A DNA stretch of 64,000 nt from Desulforhopalus sp. (GCA_030247675.1 JAOTRX010000004.1:114910-178909), one strand, 5' to 3'; shown: positions 50,611 through 58,847, numbered from the stretch's first letter. Numbers and translations are program-made. The notes: a model not told the origin generated them from the sequence alone.

Positions 50611-50736
50611 GAATAACTTGTTGAACTTTTGATATTGCATGAAAAATACAAGAAGATAGGCGCGTATTTTGCTTTTCTAGTTAATATCACTTTTATGGGT
50701 GTTGGCTGGAAGGTTCCGTCCAGTTAATACCTTGTT
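50611..50736 (+). mobile_element. Degenerate attC site, core interrupted by a MITE
   Basis: R'' GAATAAC, L'' GTT-G-AACT, L' AGTTAAT, 5-bp spacer, GTT; the R' continues as GTTAGTC after the MITE. Confidence 0.5.
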
Positions 50737-50835
50737 GAGTCTGTAGAAAAAGGCAATTCTTGATGAATTGGCTTATATGATATCAAGTAGTTACGAGTCA
50801 CAAAAAGCTCGTTTTCGGGGTTTTTCTACAGACTC
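50737..50835. mobile_element. 99-bp MITE / internally deleted IS
   Basis: Perfect 15-bp terminal inverted repeats GAGTCTGTAGAAAAA / TTTTTCTACAGACTC flanked by a GTT direct repeat. Confidence 0.8.
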
Positions 50836-50857
50836 GTTAGTCCTCTGGAGATAGCCC

Positions 50858-51067
50858 ATGAAAAAGGCAGAATTCGAGCAGGCGGTTCGAGATGAGCTTC
50901 GGCGCGTCCCAGCTGAGGAACGTCGAACCTGGGATGACAACAAACTGTTTTTCTGGTTCATGAAGGCTAAGAGCGATAACCCGGACCTCACCTGGGACCG
51001 GTGCCCAGGTGATCCTTGGCAATGGGTCCCTGGCATTTGTAAATACTTGATCGGCCCAAATGTTTGA
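50858..51067 (+). CDS. 69-aa hypothetical cassette protein
   Basis: RBS GGAG after the GTTAGTC core; stop codon just before an attC. Confidence 0.7.
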   Translation: MKKAEFEQAVRDELRRVPAEERRTWDDNKLFFWFMKAKSDNPDLTWDRCPGDPWQWVPGICKYLIGPNV

Positions 51068-51073
51068 ATATCG

Positions 51074-51176
51074 GACGAACCCCACGTTCAACTCGGACCC
51101 AACCGACACTGGCAATATTCATGTCTCTGTTCATCTTCCGGTCTCCGATTGGCCCGGTTAACTTCTTTCGTTGGGT
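51074..51176 (+). mobile_element. attC site
   Basis: R'' GACGAAC, 5-bp spacer, L'' GTT-C-AACT, L' GGTTAAC, R' GTTGGGT (exact GTTRRRY). Confidence 0.8.
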
Positions 51177-51184
51177 ATTTAAAA

Positions 51185-52351
51185 ATGGCAAACACGGTAT
51201 TCATTCTTGGAGCTGGATTTTCTTTCGACGCAGGTATTCCTCTCCTCGGAAGATTCATAGAAAGGATGCTTTTGATTGCTGCTGAAAGAGATAAAACTAC
51301 AGGTAAGCTTTCTGGAAATGATAGGAAGCTGTTTGACAAAGCCTTAGATATTCGCGACTCGATGGATGGCTACCATGGGCGAATCTCTTTTGACGACAGG
51401 AACATTGAGGATATCCTTTCTATGCTGGCCTTTAGCGTAATGGGAACTACTGGCCTAAGGAAACCTCGTGCGAATCTTGATGCGTTTATACAAGCGATCT
51501 CGAGAACTATTGAGCTAACTTGCGCGGTTAAGCACCCAGGACCACCGATTGAAAAAAAATCAGGTTTTACAATTGTTGATACTGGACCTGCAATGTACCG
51601 CCGTTTTTGGCAAGCGCTCTTTAAGGCATATAATACTGGCATGGACTTTCCTTGCCTTATTACTTTCAATTATGATCTGGTCCTAGAGCGAAGTCTTTTT
51701 CAGGTTTTAATTAACAAGATTTATAACCCCTCTAAAAACCGTTGTCCTTTTGACAGCTTCCACTTGAATTATTCGTATAAAAACTCGCCAAACTTCTATG
51801 GTGCAATTGAGCCATGTCAATATCAGTTACCAGAACACTCGTATGTACATGGAACAAAGGTCATTCCGAAAGAGGTGCAGGGGGGCAAACACTTGAATAT
51901 CGATATACTTAAGTTGCATGGGTCTCTGAATTTCTCAAGGCCAATAACAAGCGAGCATAATCAAAATCCATGTGAAGTAGTGGAGAACCCATATATATTG
52001 CCGCCTATATCAAACAAGTCTGCTAGTCCCGCAGGTGAAGAAATTTGGGGAAGAGCGCTTACTGAACTAAGAAATGCCAAGAATGTTGTTTTTATTGGGT
52101 ATAGCTTACCAACAACTGACATCTATATGCAATTCTTTATTAAGGCGGCTCTTGGACCAAATAAAGGTTTAGAAAAAGTGATCGTGATCGATCCTGTTTT
52201 TAATGAACCTTCTCAAGAATGTGAAGATATGAAAGTTAGGTATAAGAATTGTTTCTCTGAGCAACTCCGTCGTCGTCTTTCCTTTTCACCAATTACGGCA
52301 GCAAAGTTCGTTGGTGAACTAAGCAAAGATCCTGGTGCATATATTTATTGA
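51185..52351 (+). CDS. SIR2-like (SIR2_2) NADase-domain cassette protein
   Basis: VFILGAGFS, ITFNYD, KLHGSLN, LPP, VFIGYS sirtuin motifs; AT-rich; start placed after the attC crossover. Confidence 0.85.
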   Translation: MANTVFILGAGFSFDAGIPLLGRFIERMLLIAAERDKTTGKLSGNDRKLFDKALDIRDSMDGYHGRISFDDRNIEDILSMLAFSVMGTTGLRKPRANLDAFIQAISRTIELTCAVKHPGPPIEKKSGFTIVDTGPAMYRRFWQALFKAYNTGMDFPCLITFNYDLVLERSLFQVLINKIYNPSKNRCPFDSFHLNYSYKNSPNFYGAIEPCQYQLPEHSYVHGTKVIPKEVQGGKHLNIDILKLHGSLNFSRPITSEHNQNPCEVVENPYILPPISNKSASPAGEEIWGRALTELRNAKNVVFIGYSLPTTDIYMQFFIKAALGPNKGLEKVIVIDPVFNEPSQECEDMKVRYKNCFSEQLRRRLSFSPITAAKFVGELSKDPGAYIY

Positions 52352-52412
52352 TAGCTCAGTAGGTTGGGACAGATACCAAAATGATAAATGAAGGGACAGG
52401 CAATATATACTG

Positions 52413-52460
52413 CACTAACAATATAATGCACCGGGTGAGCCGGTGATCATAATGTTACCA
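52413..52460 (+). mobile_element. Short (48-bp) attC site
   Basis: CACTAAC-aatat-AAT(G)CACC-GG-gtgag-CC-GGTGATC-ataat-GTTACCA. Confidence 0.7.
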
Positions 52461-52479
52461 TTTTGAACAAGGAGAAAAA

Positions 52480-53508
52480 ATGAAGGTATTTCTTAGCTGG
52501 TCTGGAACCAGAAGTCATAAAATTGCGATGGTATTTAGGGATTGGTTGCCATCAGTAATCCAAGAAATCACTCCCTACGTGTCCTCCGAAGATATTGATA
52601 AAGGAGCACGGTGGAGTACAGATATCGCGAAGGAGCTTGAGGACTCAACATTCGGCATTCTTTGTGTCACAAGAGAAAATATTAATGCGCCTTGGCTTAC
52701 TTTTGAAGCAGGTGCATTATCAAAGACTATGGACAAATCATTCGTTAGTCCATTTCTATTTGATATCAAACGTTCTGAAGTAGATGGACCTATTCTCCAG
52801 TTCCAATCCACAATTTTTGAAAAAGATGACATTCAAAAACTTGTGAAAACGTTAAATAAGGCGTGCGGCGAAAATGGATTATCGGATGAGCGTCTCGGGA
52901 AGGCCTTCAATGTTTGGTATCCAACACTCGAAAAAGACCTAGAAGGACTTAAACAGCAGGTAGTACCTGACTTGAATCCTGAAAAACAAGAGCATATTGC
53001 TTCACCAGATTCGCAGGAGATCCTGGAAGAAATATTAGAACTTTCACGAAGCAACCAGAAGTTAATTAGGAATCCTGATGGTGCGTTTGGATCGCAGCTA
53101 GAGGAAACCCGTCAAATTGTAAAAGAAATATTGGATAGGTTGGATCGTCCGAACCCATTTAAGGGGAGAAATCCTAGGCGAATTCATCCGATGATGATCG
53201 AGGAAGTAATGCATTCTACTGCAATGAGTATGAATGGCTATGTTGGCATTCAAATGACACTGGCGCTGATCCGCCAAGATTTTCCATGGGCGTATGAGTC
53301 TGGTATGGAAGCAATCACCATTTTAAAATCTCCTGCTTCAAAAGAGGACAAACAAAGCGCATTAGAAGGCTTCTATCGTATTCTGGAATTATCCTTTGAT
53401 CATCCTATCATGCGGGATCAATACGAGAACAACAAGGAAATCCATATGATAGCAAGGGAACTACCTCGTTTGCTTAAGCGTGCCTTTGATAAAGCTCTTG
53501 AGGGCTAA
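52480..53508 (+). CDS. TIR-domain cassette protein with C-terminal extension
   Basis: MKVFLSWS, SSEDIDKGARW, GILCVT, PWLTFEAGAL (catalytic Glu position); the stop TAA lies within the attC R'' box. Confidence 0.85.
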   Translation: MKVFLSWSGTRSHKIAMVFRDWLPSVIQEITPYVSSEDIDKGARWSTDIAKELEDSTFGILCVTRENINAPWLTFEAGALSKTMDKSFVSPFLFDIKRSEVDGPILQFQSTIFEKDDIQKLVKTLNKACGENGLSDERLGKAFNVWYPTLEKDLEGLKQQVVPDLNPEKQEHIASPDSQEILEEILELSRSNQKLIRNPDGAFGSQLEETRQIVKEILDRLDRPNPFKGRNPRRIHPMMIEEVMHSTAMSMNGYVGIQMTLALIRQDFPWAYESGMEAITILKSPASKEDKQSALEGFYRILELSFDHPIMRDQYENNKEIHMIARELPRLLKRAFDKALEG

Positions 53509-53593
53509 CAAAATTATCAATCAGACCGCATGAACGTTGGTGCCACTATACGACAAGTTCATTGGTGAACTCTGGTTACAATAGCCGTGGGTG
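53503..53593 (+). mobile_element. attC site with mutated R' core
   Basis: R'' GGCTAAC, L'' TAT-C-AATCAGA, L' TCTGGTTACA, inner ATGAAC/GTTCAT repeat, R' GTGGGTG. Confidence 0.6.
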
Positions 53594-53852
53594 GTAAATA
53601 GGGCGTTTATTAGTTCGAAAGCCGAAAAATCCAGATCAACAATGTAAATTCATATCCAGGGCAAGGTTTCCCATCGCTATGCTCCAATTTCTGCTTGCTT
53701 TTTGGCTATTGTGCCGGTCATGTTTCGTTGCCCGCAGTCGTCGAGTTTTTTGCTGGGTTTGATTTTCATTGGAAAGGCGCAAAGTTCTCGTTTGGCTCTT
53801 TCCTTTCTTTGAGAGTCAGGATTAGATTCCATTTCTTGGTCGAATAAGTTAG

Positions 53853-56735
53853 ATGTCGACGCCCTTAATGAAAAATTATAGAAAAAGAGGAGCTATAATG
53901 TCACCGTATTCAGCCCAGGGTATCACTTCGATAAAAATAAAAAGACTGGCAAGAATTCTCTTTCATGATTTACGCAAAAATCCTTTACTAACTTTACTTT
54001 CCGATAACTCCATAAAAATAGAAATCGAGTATTTATTTTTCTTCTTGCGTTGGATTATGCCTTTAGCATTGCTTGTTAGATTTATATTACATGAGGACAA
54101 GGATGGCGATAAGGGCTTGACTCTTTATACAAATTACGATTTCTATATCATATTAATATTTTTTATAATTTACTTGTTTTTCACGCATAAGAAATTTCAT
54201 TCTCTAAATAATCAAACCGAGGCATCGGAAAAGAACTGGGGCAAATTCACATCGGTAGCTGTATTCTTCGATATTTCATTCATTACTGCATTTTATGTAC
54301 TTGCTAATAATCCAAGATCTGAAATCCCAATAATGTATTTTATCCCCCTTGTTTGGTCAGCAATTTATGTACCATTAAAGAAAAGTCTTTTTGGAATAAT
54401 AAGTGTTGGCATATCATTTACAGTCGGTACAGGTATTATTGGTTATCAATCATTGAACTCAACTAATTTAATAAATGAATTGATTGAAATGACACTAGTG
54501 TTAATGCCGAAATTGCTATTCTTACCGATAGTAGTTCTCTTTCTTTTATGGAATACAATTAACCGCAAACTCCAAGAGAACATGTTGCTCGCTTTGTTTG
54601 AACATTCTCCAGAAGGTATTTCATTCATTGGTCAGAAAAGCTGCAATCTCACAAGACCAGGGAGTGATATGCAGATATTAAATTTAAATGCCGCCCAGCA
54701 ACGACTAACACCTAATGCAAAAACAAATAATAATAGTTGTAGAGAAGAATTTCAGTCCTATACACTGGAAAGAACGAGTGTTTGTCCATGGTGTCCTGCT
54801 GAAAAAATCTTAGACAATAAAGCAAAACACAGTAGGAGCCTAACAAAGAACATTTCGCCATTAGGGCATCCAACCGCAGAAGAAATTTCGTTTTCTGATG
54901 CAAGTGCAACACCTTGTTATGACGAAAATGGTCATGTCATCGCTGCTGTAAAATTTGTAAAAGATGTAACGCCACAAGTATATACTGCATTTTTTGCAAC
55001 AGAAGTACTACGTCTTCAGACAGAAGAAGACGTTCTAATAACAAGTTCAGAATTTTTCAGAAAGATGTACAAGGCGGAAAGTGCAAGAATTTTAAGATTT
55101 GATATAAATAATAGTAATATACTTGGGATAGTAGCACAATCGGATATTAATAATCCATCTGGAAGTATTGTAACGGAGTTTACAGAATCTATATCAAATG
55201 AGGTAAAGCGTTTTTTTTCCGAATGCCCATCAGAAATAGATATTATAAATCGAAAGAGAGATCTTAAAGTGGGTGTCAAAATCACTGGTTGTTTAGATTG
55301 GGAGGAATATTGTTATCCAGCCTCAAAGAACCCCAATATTATGGAAATTGCGGTGAAGTTTAAATTAGAACGTGGCTTAATAATACCAATAAAAAGTGAT
55401 GATGCCTTGCTCGGTTTTGTTTTGGTAGACCAACCAGGGCATAATGTTCGTTTATCCCAATTAAATATTTTACAAGGGCAGTTGGCAGCTCAAATTGCAT
55501 TTCTAGCTGTAGACAGGGCCAAATCTTTCAGCGCAAAAAATGAAGAAATAAACACAGGGGAAAAGAAAACTAAGAGTTTGAATGATATTCAGACTCTTTG
55601 TGTGGATATGTTGAAATCAGGAAATAAAGATGAGATTTTAGGTAAAGCGTTGATCGGCACCACCTCTGGACCTGGATTAGGGTATTCTCGGGCTATATAT
55701 CTTAGCTTAATTGATAATACTTTAAAATTCGAGCTTGGAATAGGACCGATTACTGAAGAAGAAGCTGGCCACGATTGGCAAAATAGTAAAGATATTGACA
55801 ATATGTCAGAATATTATCAGAGTCCCAATTGGCTAAGTGGTATTCAAAGTAACCACATTACTACCCAATGCAAGATATGCCCCCATATTCTATTGAAAGA
55901 TATCGAAAACAGTGTTGTTGTTCAATCAATTAATAATATCCAAGGCAATAAAGGTGGAAAAGACGACTCATTTAGAAAAACTCACCTAGCGATTCATTTT
56001 GGAATTAATAGTGACTTTGTTGTTTCCCCTGTATTCTCAGGTAAAACAGTTATAGGAATAATAATTGCAGACAAGAGGCACCACCTTAATAACAATATTT
56101 CATTTGATAAAATTCAACATTTGTTTTTTCTAACTGCTTTTACTGGCGCATGCGCTATTAGCAGCCAATTAAATAGAGATCGGAGTGATGCACCTGAACG
56201 TTTCCTTCTTGAGGTACTTCGATTATTACAATCTAAGTATGATAATGAAAAGGTAAATGTTTACAAATTATATAACGTGGCCTTAAAGGTGGGTGAAAGG
56301 TTAGGTTGTACAAAAAATGAGCTTAGAGCAATCAAGGTATCTTCTTTGGCAATATGTTATACACATTTCTGTTTTCCTGATTCTTTGATTTTCGGTGATG
56401 AGAGATTAGAATCCCCAATGGATAATAGTTACATATTTAATCATCCGGACCGTGCTCGTGGGTTGATTAGACAAATTTGTGGAGACGAAGAAATTGCAAA
56501 TTCAGCCTATCAGCATACTCAAATTCTAGGGAAATATCCTGAAAGCTCGTCTTACCCCATTAAGGTTGCGAGAATATTGGGAATATGTGAAGGTTACTTG
56601 GCAATAACTGAACCAAAAAATTACCGTAAAGAAACCTCCTTAGATCATGATAAAGCGATAGAAGAATTACGGATAAAGTTAGGGACAAATGAAAATCTAA
56701 TTATTGATGCTTTAGATTTATCTATGAGAGAATAA
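53853..56735 (+). CDS. Multi-TM PAS-GAF-GAF protein with a degenerate HD-GYP-like C-terminus
   Basis: About 5-6 TM segments; PAS-like with CPWCP; GAF-like (GLGYSRAIYL; GIIIADK); C-terminal NHPDRA...QHTQILGKYP...ARILGICEGYLAITEPKNYR follows the HD-GYP layout without the HD pair; very AT-rich. Confidence 0.6.
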   Translation: MSTPLMKNYRKRGAIMSPYSAQGITSIKIKRLARILFHDLRKNPLLTLLSDNSIKIEIEYLFFFLRWIMPLALLVRFILHEDKDGDKGLTLYTNYDFYIILIFFIIYLFFTHKKFHSLNNQTEASEKNWGKFTSVAVFFDISFITAFYVLANNPRSEIPIMYFIPLVWSAIYVPLKKSLFGIISVGISFTVGTGIIGYQSLNSTNLINELIEMTLVLMPKLLFLPIVVLFLLWNTINRKLQENMLLALFEHSPEGISFIGQKSCNLTRPGSDMQILNLNAAQQRLTPNAKTNNNSCREEFQSYTLERTSVCPWCPAEKILDNKAKHSRSLTKNISPLGHPTAEEISFSDASATPCYDENGHVIAAVKFVKDVTPQVYTAFFATEVLRLQTEEDVLITSSEFFRKMYKAESARILRFDINNSNILGIVAQSDINNPSGSIVTEFTESISNEVKRFFSECPSEIDIINRKRDLKVGVKITGCLDWEEYCYPASKNPNIMEIAVKFKLERGLIIPIKSDDALLGFVLVDQPGHNVRLSQLNILQGQLAAQIAFLAVDRAKSFSAKNEEINTGEKKTKSLNDIQTLCVDMLKSGNKDEILGKALIGTTSGPGLGYSRAIYLSLIDNTLKFELGIGPITEEEAGHDWQNSKDIDNMSEYYQSPNWLSGIQSNHITTQCKICPHILLKDIENSVVVQSINNIQGNKGGKDDSFRKTHLAIHFGINSDFVVSPVFSGKTVIGIIIADKRHHLNNNISFDKIQHLFFLTAFTGACAISSQLNRDRSDAPERFLLEVLRLLQSKYDNEKVNVYKLYNVALKVGERLGCTKNELRAIKVSSLAICYTHFCFPDSLIFGDERLESPMDNSYIFNHPDRARGLIRQICGDEEIANSAYQHTQILGKYPESSSYPIKVARILGICEGYLAITEPKNYRKETSLDHDKAIEELRIKLGTNENLIIDALDLSMRE

Positions 56736-56846
56736 GACTATGGAAAGTTTCTTGAAAAAATTTATCACATTGATGACAAAAACAATAATATTTTCTCGTT
56801 TATTAGTTTTACAATTTTGGAGTGGAACGAGGGCCACTTTGCGAAT

Positions 56847-56894
56847 TTTCAACAATAAAATTCACCAGACAAGCTGGTGATTTTACCGTTATCT
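56847..56894 (+). mobile_element. Short (48-bp) attC site
   Basis: TTTCAAC-aataa-AAT(T)CACC-AG-acaag-CT-GGTGATT-ttacc-GTTATCT. Confidence 0.7.
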
Positions 56895-56912
56895 ATTTTT
56901 TGGAGCATTTGA

Positions 56913-57959
56913 ATGCAAATTGAAAAAAGATATCAGGTTTTTATTAGCTCCACATACCTTGATTTAGAGCTAGAGAGAAATGAGGTGATGCAAGCGCTTT
57001 TAGAGCTTGAATGTATGCCTGCAGGTATGGAACTTTTCCCGGCGGCGAATGATACTCAATGGGATTGGATTAAAAAGGTAATACTAGAATCAGATTATTA
57101 CATTGTTATGGTTGGTGGCCGATATGGCACTATTTCACCAGCTACAGGCTATAGTTACACTGAAATGGAATATCGGTTTGCTTTGGAAAATGATATCCCC
57201 ACAATTGGTTTTATCAGGAATAAAGCTGAAGAAATTCCTCACAAATTTTGCGAAACTGATACTGAGAAAACAAAGAAATTAGAATCATTTAAAAATTTGG
57301 TTAAAACGAAGCTTTGTAAATTTTATGATTCGCCATCAGATTTAGGAGCAAAGGTTAGCAGAAGCATAACGCAATTAAAGAAACAATATCCTGCTGAAGG
57401 CTGGGTAAAAGGAAAGGTTTTAAAAGAACTACCATCTTCTGAAGATTTATTCAAACTCAAAAAAGAAAATGATAACCTTAAAAGTCAAATAGCAGAACTA
57501 GAGAAGAAAATTGATTCAAAATTCGAAAATTATTCAAGCGGCAACGATACTGTTGATATCAAATTCAATTTCATTAGAAAAAAACTTGATCCTTCAACTG
57601 GCGGTTTCAAGAAAATTGGGGATGAAATTAAATTTTCTAGATTTACTTGGGATCAAATTTTCTACTTCGTTGGTGGTTCAATTTTTAATAAGGAAAGATA
57701 TTTGCAATTAAAATTTGTCGAGTTAATTGAGGAAAAAGAAAGAATAAAACTTGAAGCCCAATACAGCGATGAAAGAATATATGATTTTAGTGTATCGTCA
57801 TCTGTATTTAGGAAAATAATTTTTCAATTAAAAACACTAGAATTAATACATGTTAGCGATCAAATTGGGCCAGATGAATATTTCGGCTTAACCAAAAAAG
57901 GCCATAAGCTATTAGAGCAATTGGCCGCGATTCCTAAAGGTGATTGCAAAATAGAATAG
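56913..57959 (+). CDS. DUF4062-domain cassette protein
   Basis: RYQVFISSTYLDLELER, AGMELFPA, SDYYIVMVGGRYG, SYTEMEYRFA, then a coiled coil and a C-terminal winged-helix-like end. Confidence 0.85.
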   Translation: MQIEKRYQVFISSTYLDLELERNEVMQALLELECMPAGMELFPAANDTQWDWIKKVILESDYYIVMVGGRYGTISPATGYSYTEMEYRFALENDIPTIGFIRNKAEEIPHKFCETDTEKTKKLESFKNLVKTKLCKFYDSPSDLGAKVSRSITQLKKQYPAEGWVKGKVLKELPSSEDLFKLKKENDNLKSQIAELEKKIDSKFENYSSGNDTVDIKFNFIRKKLDPSTGGFKKIGDEIKFSRFTWDQIFYFVGGSIFNKERYLQLKFVELIEEKERIKLEAQYSDERIYDFSVSSSVFRKIIFQLKTLELIHVSDQIGPDEYFGLTKKGHKLLEQLAAIPKGDCKIE

Positions 57960-57964
57960 TATCT

Positions 57965-58086
57965 ATATTACCATGCCTTTCAGCTCGACTCGTTTCGCTC
58001 GCGTCTGCGGAGGAATAGGGTCGGGTCTTGAAATTTGCAGAACCCATGATATCAAAAAACAAGACCTGACCCTCAGCTCGTTCATT
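57965..58086 (+). mobile_element. Disrupted attC containing a REP-like inverted repeat
   Basis: Left arm CATGCCTTTCAGCTCGACTCGTTTCGCTCGCG, then AGGGTCGGGTCTTG (58017-58030) / CAAGACCTGACCCT (58060-58073), then GTT at 58080. Confidence 0.5.
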
Positions 58087-58119
58087 GATATTTGTTCACC
58101 AGAGCAGTGTCAATATTTA

Positions 58120-58208
58120 AAATAACAATCCCATTAACTCAGACGGGAAGAATGTTTGCGGCCTGACGGGCTAGCTCGGTGGCCCTCTGGTTACGGGTAG
58201 CGTTGTGC
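58120..58208 (+). mobile_element. attC site
   Basis: R'' AAATAAC, L'' CAT-T-AAC-T-CAGA, L' TCTGGTTACG, 6-bp spacer, R' GTTGTGC. Confidence 0.75.
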
Positions 58209-58235
58209 TTTTAGAATAGCAAAGAGGTGATCATA

Positions 58236-58781
58236 ATGGATTCAAATGTTGCTTCAGCTCTTATCTCAGGCATTTGCTCGATTATTTCTGCTTTTGGAGC
58301 CGTATATCTCAAGGAATATATGGATGCTCGGAAGACCCTGTCAACAGAGGTAAAACCGACGCAAGCACCTATCGAAGTACTTCAAGCAGAAGTTTCTCCA
58401 TCTTCTTTTAAAAGAAACTCGCGCACCTTTTGGCGGCCATTATTTATTATCATTGGCAGTTTCGTATTCGGTTTAGTAACACGATCCTTACGCCCAATTT
58501 TTAATAGCGGCACACATTGGGAATCCTTAATAGCGCTAATTGTTCTCATACTCTTCGCATTGGCTATCTCAATATTTCATAGGCGACATGGATACCAGAT
58601 AGGCTTTCAACTTGAAAATTTTGCAATGTGGACAGGGTGGGCTTCGGGTTGGAGTCTGTTTCATGGAAGCATTTGGGGAGATGTATTGGTGGTGACTATC
58701 GCTTGGTGGTTTGGTTGTGCATTAGTGGGCGGTTTATTAGTGTCAATTCGCAGAAATAGAGGCGCACAACAACGGCATTAA
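58236..58781 (+). CDS. Hypothetical integral membrane cassette protein
   Basis: RBS GAGG; one N-terminal and about four C-terminal hydrophobic segments; the stop lies inside the next attC. Confidence 0.75.
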   Translation: MDSNVASALISGICSIISAFGAVYLKEYMDARKTLSTEVKPTQAPIEVLQAEVSPSSFKRNSRTFWRPLFIIIGSFVFGLVTRSLRPIFNSGTHWESLIALIVLILFALAISIFHRRHGYQIGFQLENFAMWTGWASGWSLFHGSIWGDVLVVTIAWWFGCALVGGLLVSIRRNRGAQQRH

Positions 58782-58824
58782 GGCGACGGCAAAAAGCCGC
58801 CGCGCCTTATACCGGACGTTTCGC
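58764..58824 (+). mobile_element. attC site (61 bp)
   Basis: GCACAAC-aacgg-CAT(T)AAGGCG-ACGGC-AAAAA-GCCG-C-CGCGCCTTATA-ccggac-GTTTCGC. Confidence 0.9.
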
Positions 58825-58847
58825 ATTTCATCAATTTCAGGCCGACG

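Noticed and set aside
51185-53508. Calling SIR2 + TIR a canonical Thoeris system
   Set aside because: No SLOG/Macro domain is recognisable and an attC separates the genes; kept only as a hypothesis
53594-53854. An additional attC ending at GTTAGAT (53848)
   Set aside because: The core is exact, but I could not pair a convincing R''/L'' left arm within normal distance
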